A stretch of DNA of 64,000 nt from positions 20,591,910 through 20,655,909 of the forward strand of contig NC_134031.1 of assembly GCF_964204645.1 (NCBI RefSeq). The letters are read 5' to 3'. Positions within the stretch are counted from its first letter, which is position 1; every line of letters begins with the position of its first letter. The translations under genes were made by a program, and so were the position numbers. Origin of the DNA: Tubulanus polymorphus (Eukaryota; Animalia; Nemertea). Shown piece by piece: positions 12,691-25,300 of this stretch. The notes beneath the pieces were generated by a model, which was not told the origin of the DNA, searched no databases, and saw only the letters and a list, made by a program, of their open reading frames with translations.

Positions 12691-14469
12691 AGAAATGTTT
12701 AAAGCTCATCTTTTATCGTTTATTCGTGTTTATTTTGAGATAACGAAGCGTTGCCATGCGCAATCACTTCCGGGTTGGTCGAAAAGCGATATCAATCAGA
12801 CTCCTTTCTTGTAAAAGATGACTTGAAATAGGTGACATCAACCATGTTCCAGCTTGCCTGATGCCCAACCATGTATTCATTATCTAAAGAATTGTTGAAG
12901 GCGATAAGAAACAGAATTTCTCTGACTTCGATGATGATACTGATAACAGATACAACTCTGATGCTCTCTCTCTCTGACTCTGGCTGTGGTGGAAAACGCT
13001 TCTGCCGCCCTCTGGCACCGGCAATATCCAGACAGGATTCTATTAGGTCACCTTAAACGTTGTGCTATTTCTTGCAAATTTGGCCCTCCGGTGACGCCCA
13101 TAAACACGCCCACATGTGATAGTCAAATATTTGAAGGTTTTATTTATAGACAAAAGCCTCATCACACCCCATGGATGCAGTGAAAGTACCAATTCTTTTT
13201 TTGTCGAGTCATCGTTTAAGTCATAATTCATCTGAGTTTGAATGATATTGAAGTATGTCGCAATGGCTTAGGCCTTTAGGTTTTTTTTATAATGTATCAT
13301 TAGATGTGTCCTGTTTATATAAACTACAAATGGAATTAGATATTGACGATAACCTGAATTTATTGTGGGATTTCTCTTGTCTTCATCTAATACGGAAACT
13401 GTGTATTTTCTCAGCCTTTAAGACGATATCTTTCTCATTGATTGTTTTTGACAAATTCTATCGGTGTTGATATATATCTGAGCTTTAGAAATTAGAAATG
13501 GTATATAATCATTCGAATATATGATTAATTATCTGGAGATCCCATCTAAGAGCACTTGATTTGAAGAACATTCCTGGGGGGTTTCTTCCGAATTCTCAAA
13601 AGGCTGTAACCGAATGATTCTGGTTTCAAAGGTCAGCTGAAATGTAAGCAGCAAAGTTTAGCCAGGGTCCCTTATAAACAAAATTGCTTTTAAAGAGGTG
13701 TAGGTGCTTGAAACTCCTTTGATTCGGGCGAAATGTCCAAAGATCTTTTAAAACTCCTTTAATTAAAAAAAAATAGGCAACAAAAATGTTTGTAAACTGT
13801 GCCCAATTCGATACAGTTGGAAGCGGGATTTGTTTTTACCTAAGGAGTCAAGTTTAGTTTAGTGGTTTAAGGATAACAATTTTCTTACAAAACCACTGAA
13901 TTGACGGTTTACCGAGATCCTAGTGTACCGGTTAATGAAGAGCCAGTAATAAGGATATGAAAGTGATGCAGAATTTGAAATTTCTTTATTAAAACTCCTT
14001 AATGCCTCCTTATATCCAGGTATGCCTTATCCATATAGGGACCTTTTTAGCGCAAATAAACATTGTCATTGAACAAATATACTTAGTCTATCTAAAATAT
14101 CCTCGAGTCTAAACATTCACCCAAATAATTTATTACAGAAATCAGCGCGATGATATCACAATGAAAACAGATAAAATGCGATGATATAACTTTCGAGGAA
14201 CGGTCGTCTTCAGACTTGATTTCATATTACGCGATCCCTGCTATTATACACTGTAGACACACACTGTACACGGATGCTCAACAACAATGACGTAGCAGCG
14301 CTGAAAAACATTAATCAATATCAGCTCGGTTCAGTATCATCAGAAACCACTGCGCCATCGTAGTCGAGTCTCAGGCAAAACATCGAAATAATCTTCGTCA
14401 TTTTTTCGTTAATTTTGTAACTGTTTGAGAGAAGTGTCGGTTTAGTCTGCTGCCTGCAGGTGTATTGGA

Positions 14470-14494
14470 TTATATATATATATATATATATATA
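14470..14494. repeat. (TA)n microsatellite
   Basis: Seen directly in the sequence. Confidence 0.9.
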
Positions 14495-15788
14495 CACGCG
14501 TGCGGTCTATTAAACTGACAGTAGACATAGACATACTACTTCAACCGGGTCTTTACATCAGCAATCTTTATATCATTCACTCTTATGTGTGAGTATGTTT
14601 TGATAGTTTTATATGATTTGTTATCGTGGATATTGCTGGCATGAATTCTCTTGCTATCTTCGATGATTCATTGTTACCGTAAGTTATGATTTTGAAAAAG
14701 GAATATTGGAATTTAGTCGCTCAGTTAGTAAACTGGCGCTCTCTTGTATTGTGAAGTTTGATGACTCATTATTATAGGCCTAGTGCATTATATTTCTTAA
14801 ATCCCATCTTCAATATGCATTTGTTGAATTATTTTATTCAGAGGAATATTCATTATTTTTATATGAATAATGCTTTTAAATAAGTCGTAATGCATCGGTA
14901 TAAGGTATTGTCATTTCAACATATGGCTGGCGACAGGCTGTAGAAAATATGAAAGAAATATAAAATTTACTTGCATTCCTTAGAATTCTTATCCAGGCGT
15001 ATACAATCATTTAAAGATTAATTGTACATGATCAGAAATTATCTCGCAAACTCTAAATTCTGGCAAACGTGCTCTGAATAGACATATCTTTCTGCTAAAT
15101 GTACGAAATCCTTATATAAGAATATTTCAACATTTCCTTATCTTTATTTTGCATGGAAATGTTTTGCCAAAAATACGTTAAGTTGCTCTTTTTCCACTTT
15201 TGAATTGAGGTTTGAATACATTTTGAATGGAAATGAAAATGATACATCGCCGTGGCAATTCTTGCCGTTGCCAATAGATTTTGAATGAAACTATATGAAT
15301 TGCTGTTGTCTCGCTCGTCTCCGCTTTTATTAAGGCAAATATAAAGCAAACTCGAATTTCGATGATGCATCGATGTATAATGCCGCTGTACTGAAAATAT
15401 ATCACAAAAAAACTAGGATCAGGAAGTGCTTTATACTAACTATATACGTAGGCTTGGTAATGAACTAATACATCTGGTCAGCTGGTTGAATTGATTTTTG
15501 AAAACGGTATTATTTTACAAGTCTTTCGACAAATATAGCAGTATATCTGATAACTGAGAACCGCTTTCATCCTAATTACCAGACATCGTTGTCTCCTGGT
15601 CTATTATTCTCACTCAGCACACTGTGGTGGTTGGACTGTCATTTGCCAGACGTTATTCATTACGACTGATGTCTGAATAGCACCACCATCAGCAGCGTCA
15701 AACTATCATAGATCAACTCTAATTGTATCAGAGGATGGGTTTAGAATTCGCATAATGATGATTATGTGTCTCGCTTATGCTGGTCTCA

Positions 15789-15941
15789 AGTCAATGTGAT
15801 CAGTCAATGTGATCAGTCAATGTGATCAGTTTGTCAGTGGATCTGTGTGTTTAAATGAGGAGCAGTCGTGCACCTCCCTGAATGAGGAGCAGTCGTGCAC
15901 CTCCCTGAATGAGGAGCAGTCGTGCACCTCCCTGAATGAGG
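15789..15941. repeat. Two adjacent short tandem arrays: 13-bp (cagtcaatgtgat) x3 and 27-bp (aatgaggagcagtcgtgcacctccctg) x3
   Basis: Seen directly in the sequence. Confidence 0.85.
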
Positions 15942-18443
15942 TATTGCTAGCGTAGACTCAAGGTGTAACTGTGTCATGGCGTGGATCAGCGCTGATCTTC
16001 TGTATCAAATACGTCATGTCTGTCACTGTCTCTACCGTAGTCTCTACTGTCACTAGATATTCACACAGATCTCTTAGACTCTGTGCGGGAAGTGTCTGTG
16101 AAACAACTACTTGCCCATGCACACAATTTGACTACAAATCTATTTAACTGGGCAAAAATCAACGACCCTTTTACGAGATCGCAATGTTTACAAAAATCGA
16201 CCTATTTTGAAACTGAATAAATATTTCCTAATCGATTGTGGAAATGAATCATATCAACTTTAGTCAAGAGTTGTATCAATGACATAACAGCATAGAGCAT
16301 TGAGCTCTGGCTACCGTTTGAACTAAAATCATTGGTTGTAAACTGTTGATAAGCAGAAAACAACGTATTTTGCTGGACAAGATTTTCTGAACACAAACCA
16401 TAGCAGGTAACGATCTATTTGACAAAAATCCACTATGTTCAAAATAGAAATGATTCAAAAGTGCCTCAATAAGGTGTTAAACTGATTTGACCGGGATGAG
16501 TCAGCTTAATTACACAATATAAAGATATTTATGATAAGTTTGGTATCAGATACGGAAAAACCAACGTAAAGAATTTTAAAATAAATCGAAAATCTGTGGG
16601 TAGTTATAGTTTCTGTTCCACTGATGTTCATTGAAACGAGGTTCATCTAAAAACCATTAATGTTAGTCTGAAATCATAAATTATCCCGGTGCCCTATTTT
16701 TAATGATTTCATGAATCACGTCTGATAATAGTCCATTAAACCAAATGATTTATGTAAAATTTCATAAACCTTTTTTGGCCGTTAGGCTAGAGCTACATAT
16801 ATTGGTGTAAGGAGAGGATATATTTTGAATTTTCGGAATTTTCCGAGTGGCACCTTACTAAGTTCCTCCACGGTTGACTACAGGTTTTCTTTACTGCCGT
16901 TTTCGACTTGAAGCGTTTTATCTCGATATTATTATTCATGTGCTGATGGATTGTAAAAGAGTTATTGTGCGTCTTACGTGTTGTGAATAATGCTGCAGAT
17001 CATCAGAGTGACTAAAACTGGATCGATCGTAGAAACCGATGTGGATACCAGAATATACACAGTATTGAAACGTAGATTGATGTGGAATGTTTTTCATGTA
17101 GCTGGTATAACGATTTATACCTGGATGAACAGATTGATAACGCGATTAATCTATATGTGAATCCAGATTGTTAAAACAATTCGACTCTCGTTGTTGAGAT
17201 TCACGGTCAGGATATCGGGAAACCAGACTCGTATAGCGCGACTGATTTTAATCGGAAGTTTGTTTTCCTTGAAATGCAGGATTCAACGTTTATTTTTTCG
17301 ATCGCTTTCCTTAGTTGCATCTGTCCCTGATAATCTGGTCGTGGATTCACTTTAAACAACTTGAAACTAATGAAATCATTCGATGTCTCCATTATAGAAC
17401 AGATTTCAACATTACTGAGTTGTGTACAATTGTGTATTAGTTCGACTAAAAACTTTTATGTCTTGAACCATAATACTTAATCCGGTAAACAAATGTTTCA
17501 TGAAATGTACTTATGCGTTATAAGTATTTGCCCAGGGTTGAACCGCCAGGTTTATTTTATCATATTTCTGCTTTCAAATAATACGCACTCAAAACACTGC
17601 GTATATGTCAGCGCTATTCGTAAGCAATGCCAAGTTTCAAAACAGGTTTTTCCACGTTCATATAAGCTTAAGCTCGAAAGGCAAGCGTCCCGGGGTTTTT
17701 AGAAATAGCTAGTTTCAGCGCTGAAATTGTTACCTTTTAATGTAAACATTTTCATACAGAAATAGCTCTATTCTTCGCAGTGAATTGCTGACCATTGCTA
17801 ATAATTAGAAACCTCTACAAAGTTATTTAAAGAGCACTATGTGTATGCATTATATCTTATAATAAACGTGTGGAATTAAACAGAATTTCAGTAGTTCCTA
17901 CGCAGACAGACGTTGAAATACCATTTTGTGAATATTTCGTTCACATTTTTTCTGTTTTTCTAGGTAAGAAAGTTTTAATTCTGTTTGTGTATATCTTCAA
18001 TGAAACATAATATCTCGGTTAGATAAAGGATGCGGCGGTAAATAAAACATTTTCCCAACAGCGTTTTGATGGTTTTAGCTCTAATTGTGCGGTATATATC
18101 AGCCACTACAGTGCCGGTAGCAGAGATTGCAAAGATTTCTTTAAAAGAACATTCTTATGAGATTTTTTTCAGAATTAAGATCGTTTTGTACAGATGCGGG
18201 ATATTTGAATATTCAGATCTATGTAAATAAAAGCTACTCAGAAGGGGGAGGGGGTGCCACAGCGATCAGAGCACCCTTTAGATCAGCACTTGGTACAGAC
18301 GCGGATCTAAGAAGGTGTTTTGGCTGCTAGAGACCCCCTAACCCTTTGTAAATCATGTGGTACAACCTGATCTTGAAATAATGTCTTTTAAATGAGCTTT
18401 AATGTGTTTATACATTGTAGGTGTTGTTGAATGTGAGTTATAA

Positions 18444-18734
18444 ATGTATCGACCGAGTGGTAGAACAGATTCCGAAGTGTTATCGTGTATACATTCTCGT
18501 TACCAGGACGCCGCGTTGTTGATCTTCCGGCAGAATCAGAAGCGCTCGCGATCGCCGGTGAACTACCTGCAACTCGGCGATTCGTCGAAATATACGACGT
18601 TTGGACGCTACGGCAACCAACAACACCGCGTCGTCAAGAATTACGGCTCAAAACATCCTGCGGCTAACGGTCGTGTCGCGGAGACACCTAGTGGCATAAT
18701 CGCGCATCAATCAGCGGTTTGTAGTGTCCTATGA
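18444..18734 (+). CDS. Unknown 96-aa protein with a C-terminal CaaX motif (CSVL), upstream of RABEPK
   Basis: Complete ORF inside a splice-bounded exon (acceptor tgtag|18421, donor tca|gtgagt after 18752). Its CpG-rich composition resembles neighbouring coding exons. It ends AVCSVL*. Confidence 0.65.
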   Translation: MYRPSGRTDSEVLSCIHSRYQDAALLIFRQNQKRSRSPVNYLQLGDSSKYTTFGRYGNQQHRVVKNYGSKHPAANGRVAETPSGIIAHQSAVCSVL

Positions 18735-19248
18735 TAAGAATTCTACTCGTCAGTGAGTGACGGTATTGTCATAGCAGAGTAGAGAGAGTAGGCTGAAATT
18801 TCCCCATAACAGAATAGATTTTCTGATCCCCTGTCGCCAGTTGCGGAGTTGAGCATTCTTCGCCTTGTTAATGTTTATAACAAGTATTTTCCAATAAAAC
18901 CAGTGTTATGATGAAATGCCACAATTGGATATAAGTTTTGATTACAACTGTGCAACTGGGCCTCTCCTGAAATCTGGAAAACTCTAGGAATTCGGATAAT
19001 GCTAGTTTCATTATCAGTAAAAAATTAATGAATTGTAAACCTAGAAATTTCTCTGATTCACTAAGGGGGAATTTTGTGTAATCACTTAGAAAATCAAGGG
19101 AAACTCAGGATGGAAAGTGGCGCCACCCTGTAATAGTAGCCTGTATCGAGAAGTTGAACATTTCGTTTTCTATTTTCAGGGGCCGAGTAGATGACAATTA
19201 GAGCAGCAGTCAACATCTAACGACGAAGACTGCTGCTTCGAGAACAAC

Positions 19249-20897
19249 ATGGAACTTCACGCGATGCTCGAACGCGGCACCAACCCGAACGCCGGTTTAT
19301 GGTACGTCGTTTCAGCGATCGGTGATTGTCCGACGATGAGAGTCGGTCACACGTGTACCCACATACCGGACGTAGACGGCGCCACGAATGGAAAAGTTTA
19401 CGTGATCGGTGGCGCGAATCCTGACGGACCGTTTAACGACGTGCGCATTTTAGATTTAGAAACGCTTAGTTGGGATATCTGCGACGCGCAAGGATTCACA
19501 GCGCGGTACGAACATTGCGCGTTCACGCCCGACTGCGATCCTCGTAAGATTTACGTATTCGGCGGCGCGCAACAGACGGGAAACGTAACGAACATGCAAG
19601 TTTACGATACTGAAGAGAGAAAATGGGAGACTGTTAAATTGAAAGGTACGTGGCCGTCGCCGAGGACATTTCATACGGTCGCGGCGAACGGGAATAAGTT
19701 GTACGTTTATAGCGGGGGTGAAAATGGCGCCGAACCGGTGAAAGATCGAAAAGTTTATCGCTTCGACGCGGAGACTCGCGTCTGGGACGTGTTATCTGTA
19801 CGCGGTGATTCGCCGAAACCGCGTCACGGTCACGCTATGGCCGTCGTGCGGGATAAGTTGATCGTACACGGCGGTATGTCGGGACCGACTTTCTACGACG
19901 ATCTTCACTTTCTCGATCTCGAAAAACTGACGTGGAACAGCGTGAAACAGAAACGCAATTATCCGTCTGCTCGAGCCGCTCATTCGGCGATTGTCATGGA
20001 TACGAGACTTTATATATGCGGTGGAATGGGTCTCTCCGGTGCCTTAGACGACACGTATTGTTTAGACACAGGTAATTATTGACTTGTTTCAATTTTATAA
20101 GCTCATTCTTAATTACACAGAGTTGCTGCTAGATTTGTTGATAAGATGCTTAGAAAATATTCATTTGACTTAAACCGGATTTCAATGAAGCAGGTAATAC
20201 AATCAATATCAGTAATAAAAATAAGAATTTTTTTTAGAAACAATGAAATGGAGAAAAGTCGAACAACACGGTCCACCTCCGGAGTGTAGACTGGACTTCG
20301 CGTCCTGCGTGGTTAAACTAACCGTACCCATCAACAATGACGACAGTTCGAATGTAACCGACGATGTTTTAACGACGAGAAAAGTTGCAGACGTGCTCGA
20401 GAACGAGATGAATAGTCTCGATATAAACAATGTCACGAATCTAAATGAATCCAATGATATTGAACGGGCTAAGAATGATAACGTTCTCGGTATGTAAAAG
20501 TTTCTGTTTTCAAATTACCAGTTATACACTGGTTTTGATTTTGATGTTACATAAAATCAGTTTATTTTTCAGTCAAATAGTTATTTTCAGTTATAGTCAA
20601 ATTTCATCTCATAATTGTGGAACTGGATCAAGAGTTGAATGCTTTAAAACTGCTGATTCATATGATATATCAATAAGATGTTGAGGAATTTTACTTTATT
20701 TTCCAGCTGTGTCGGCAACGAGTGCTGAATCATCGGATCGTCTGTCCATATCGTCAACAGAGGGCAGCACCTCGCATAGTCTCGGCGTAAAAACGGAAAC
20801 AACAGAAACTAAAACGATTCACATGCTTCTCATACACGGTGGAATGGATACTCACGGGACTATATTTTATGATACTCTAGCTACGTTAATCGAATAA
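19249..20897 (+). CDS. RABEPK: Rab9 effector protein with kelch motifs
   Basis: Exons 19249-20071, 20238-20489 and 20707-20897 splice in frame. Contains kelch repeats (VIGGANP, VFGGA, VYSGG, VHGGMSG, ICGGMG, IHGGMD). The N-terminus MELHAMLERGTNPNAGLWY..GDCPTMRVGHTC matches RABEPK. Confidence 0.9.
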
Positions 20898-21102
20898 GGG
20901 TCAAGTTTTGATAGTTGTTCCTTACTTCTTACCCCTGTATGCTACGTTGATGTTTTACATCTATATGCAATGCGTTGTTGTTAAAACATCCGATGTTGAT
21001 TTCCCTCAGATTTAAAAGAAGAACGATGATGTAAAAGTCATAGTGAATAAGTGAGGGTTTTGCTCGTAACACAAGATGGTAAAATTCATTGATTTTAGTC
21101 GT

Positions 21103-21330
21103 TTAACATGTTGGCTGCCACTGTGATAAATAAAACAGTGCTGCCCCCTATTGCCATTACGAGTGTACTCGCGTAGATTGGCACTGGAGCTATTACAGTT
21201 AGCTATTGTCCAATGAACATTGAGAATGAAGCAGGTGTTTATTTAGTTCACATTGCCAGCCAAGATAGAGTGCAAAAATCTAACTGTAAATAGGAAGTAT
21301 AGCATACTGTTAGCTGGCAGCAAATGTCAA
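21103..21330. mobile_element. Diverged copy of the piggyBac-like MITE at 6227-6516
   Basis: Shared blocks: ctgccactg, ttggc(g/a)ctggagct, ccaatgaac(t/a)ttgagaatgaagcag, aaataggaag, ttagc(c/t)ggcagc. Confidence 0.6.
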
Positions 21331-22109
21331 ACATCTTTCATAATAATTGACTCATGAATATCGCTAAGATAACCATTATAAGTGATCTAAGACTGGTCAG
21401 TATCATGTGTACTTAATTCGTAAACTCATAAATCCTAAGTACGTAATAAAGAACTTACAGAAATCTACTGCTTAAATTATAAATACTTCACATGTTCTGG
21501 TTATTTCTGAATTACTATTACAATTACTTGTAGATTTGCCTACAGTTCGACAGTCGTGGGATACATTAAACCCGTAAGTCAAAGTATTTTCATTTGTTAT
21601 GACTGTGGAACCGGGTCACTTGTAAGAATGTACGATGTCTATCAAAATATTAAAGAATTTTTGTATTATTCGTAAAAAATATAATTATTTGAAAAGAAAA
21701 TTAGACGTATTCGAGTTAAATATCAGAAGGGAGACAAAACCACACAGACCGAAATATCCCTATTTCAAGAATGGGGCAAATCGAGAGGTCAATCTTGAAG
21801 GAGGACGTGTCACACCCCAAAGGGCACTTTTATCTCTAAAAATGCAATATTGATCATATTCCTACTCTGAAATGCTCTTAGTTGACAAAATGAAAAAGGG
21901 GACTCAAAATATTTGATGGACAAGTCTCTTTAAGTGCCCTCGGATCCGGCCCTGAAGATAGAATAAGTTGAACGCACTATTCCCATCAAATGAATTGACA
22001 TTTATTTATCTGTGAGTCAGTGGTCACGCGCGTGAAACTGCGTAAACAAGACTAGAAAAATCCATCCGGATAAATAAATTACAGCGCAGTAAAAGCTTTT
22101 GACGATAGA

Positions 22110-22266
22110 CCTCCGCAGCTGAAGAACAGTTAGAAACCTCCGCAGCTGAAGAACAGTTAGAAACCTCCGCAGCTGAAGAACAGTTAGAAACCTCCGCAGC
22201 TGAAGAACAGTTAGAAACCTCCGCAGCTGAAGAACAGTTAGAAACCTCCGCAGCTGAAGAACAGTT
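22110..22266. repeat. 27-bp minisatellite (cctccgcagctgaagaacagttagaaa), about 5.8 copies, in the presumed VARS 3'UTR
   Basis: Perfect units beginning about 50 nt downstream of the VARS stop codon. Confidence 0.9.
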
Positions 22267-22318
22267 TGAGATTTAAAAGTTTCCCATACATAATATTAGT
22301 TATTGTCTATTGTTTCTA

Positions 22319-25300
22319 TCACTGCATCTTTCCTAATGTCGCCAGTGCGCTGGCTAATTTCGTGATTTCTTCTTCAATGGTTGTCATCTGAAAAAAGAAC
22401 ATATTAATTTAACTAATAAGGTATTGTCACACACCAAATACCAGTTAATCTCTGGTTAGAAATAGTCAAAATTAATCCTGGATTTTAAGACACCTAAATC
22501 TAAATATTATCAAACGAGTCATCAAATATACCGGGGTAGATTTCACTGTAAACTGAATAACCTCGGAGAAAATTCTAATTCAATTGAAATGTGGAAGAAG
22601 CATTGAAGCATTGAAAATGAGTAACTACCAGTGACATCTGGTGGATCCTCGTAGAATCCTCATTTGCCACGGTACTCTAGTTTCGTAACAGTAATTGGGC
22701 AAAAAATCCTGGACTGGGTTTCATAGATATGGAAGAAAAATAGTCCCTGGGAACATTTTGAAATTTATCACTTATAACCATGGTTTCTCATTGTTACTAT
22801 GGTGGTTGTCACCCAGATTGAGGATTTACCCGTAGGGATAACTTTGATACTCAGTCTATGAAACCGGGCCCTGGTCCAAACTGTACTGATTTAGGCGTAG
22901 TCTACTTACTGCACATTTACTAAAATTTCTAAATTGCCTATTTCTACAAATTGAAGGAATTTCAAAGGAGTTTCAAGCATCTCGAAAAGCATTAGAAGGA
23001 GTCTCTAAGGAATCGAGGCGCCTTGGGGACCCTGGACAGAAAAATCCTTACCTTTTCGGAGTTTTGTTTTCGAACGTCCTCAGGAACTTTGGTTTCGTAA
23101 TCAGCTTTCTGCATTTCCGTTACGAGTTTCGTCAACTGTTGGTCCAATTTCACTTTTTTCTCATCGATTTTCGTCATTTCACGAGCGACATCGATAAGAC
23201 CTGCAGTGCACGTTAAAAAAAAAAACAAACATTCAATTTTAACAAGAATTTGTAGAACCTGGTTAATTGGGATCATTCTGGACTGAAATCAACTCAGGAT
23301 TAAATATATTTCATAAGTCAGGGAATTATGTTGAGATTGCTAATTCGCGTGTAAAATCAAACAGTGTCCGTCTATGTCTTAAGTATTTGACTGTGTTAAA
23401 TTGATTGGATTCTTAGCAGATCAATTCAGGGAAAAAGCAAATCAAACACAATCGGCCAACCTGAGAAGGTAGAAAAATGCTCTACTTTTTGCATAGGCCT
23501 TCAAACTTTATGAACAGGGACCTCACCTTTTAGCATAAGATGTACTTCACACTTTGCCGACACTGTATAAATAGCACATCCGAGCGGAACAGCAGCAGAA
23601 TCACCGAGCACGTCGATCGCTGAAGAGTTTGATAGCGTCGCTATGACGTCCGTGTATTGTTGTAATAGTAACACCGTATCGTCGTCATGGCATTTCAAAT
23701 ATACTGAAAAATCAATGATTCTACGCATTGAATATTCGATATATATTCTCTCCAAATACAGAAGGAAACATTTCGCACTATTTTTCAGAGTTAGATTTTT
23801 GTAGTTAATTTCATAATCATTCTTCCAAAAAGTGACCTATTGATAAAATGATGAATATCTACTGATAAAAGAGGTGGATCATGCGGATGACAGCTCGACA
23901 TCGGCAAACATTTCACCCCCGCCCTGTCCTAGTAACAGGAGATATAACACGTACCATCAGCTTTGTCTATATTCGTTAACATATAATCAGCTCTCATTGA
24001 ACGAATAGTTTTTATCACATTCTGCATGAATTCTACTTCGGATTCTAACATCACGTTTCGTTGGTCGACCTACATAAATAAATCAATATAACCGGGACCC
24101 CAATTCATTCTTTCATGCAAACTAAATCAAGATTGACATATATATTTTCAAATGCATTCAGAGGAGGAGTTGAAATGATTGTATCTAGCATTCACAGGTA
24201 CATACAATGTTATACAATGTACCGATGTGTTTACTTCAGTGACCAGCCTAAATCAGGTTTGTCATCTTCAATTCACTTTTCAATCAATCATGTACTGATA
24301 AAGAAACACGTGGTCAATAGGATTGATTATCCAGATTCCCTGAGTTACAGGTTTCTGGTCAAATTCCATGAGTTTTCCCAAATTTTTCCTAGATTGTTCT
24401 GATTCCCTCAGTTTTCCAGGTCAGTGTCCACCCTTGTGCAGTATATTGAATCAGAATGTAGCAATGGCGCATGTTGAATGCAATGACCTATTCCCAGGAA
24501 GTTTAACCCATTATCGTTGTATATTTGCAACAACTGATTGATCTATTATGTTTAAATTTCCCGAGGAGTCGATAGATCACGGTTTAAACCGATATGAAAC
24601 AAACCTCTTTGATTTCCGGGTACGGAGTCACGCAGATACTCGGCGGTTGATTCTCAGTTCTGCGAGGCAAGCGTTGATAAAGCTCTTCGGATAAGTACGG
24701 CATGAACGGATGTATCAATCGTAAACCGACGTCTAAACACGTGTATAATACAGCTCGACATACGCACTTACTGTCGTCATCTGTTCCATTAATTATCGGT
24801 TTCATATATTCCTACAAATACAAACTGTAACAATGAGTATTCTTCTCTACATGTGTCGACTGTCGAATGAATCGAGGATTCTTCTTGTGGCAAGTGAGGA
24901 TCACTCAGGGTAGTTTGTCGACTAACAACCAAACGCATTGTAGTTCGGTCTTATCTCATTTCACAGTGTCGGCCATCTTTGAACTAGATCTGAACTACAG
25001 ATCCGATCCCATGGTTGACTATTTCTGGACTATAGTTCGATTCAAGTCAACATTTTACTGGTGACTGGCTGATAAAGGTGATTTTCAAGGGAAATTGCTG
25101 AAGAAAGATGCCCTTGGCAAATGCAATACGTGAAATATAATGAATTTCCCAAAAATTTCCCTGATTTGAGGAAAATTTATCAAATTCCCAAATATTTCCA
25201 AACCGGGAATTATCATTTCAAAAGTTTTTCCCAATTTCCCTGTTCTGTGGGAACCATGTCGACTAACTGACATTTGGTCTTACTTAGTTCGCAATGAAAG

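Noticed and set aside
19180-19248. N-terminal extension or fusion of RABEPK with the upstream ORF, or selenocysteine readthrough
   Set aside because: There is an in-frame TGA at 19192, the upstream ORF has its own stop, RABEPK homology begins at the 19249 ATG, and no SECIS was recognised.
22110-22266. CRISPR-like array (also considered for 15855-15941 and 50483-50613)
   Set aside because: Units are contiguous with no unique spacers, there are no cas genes, and the context is eukaryotic.
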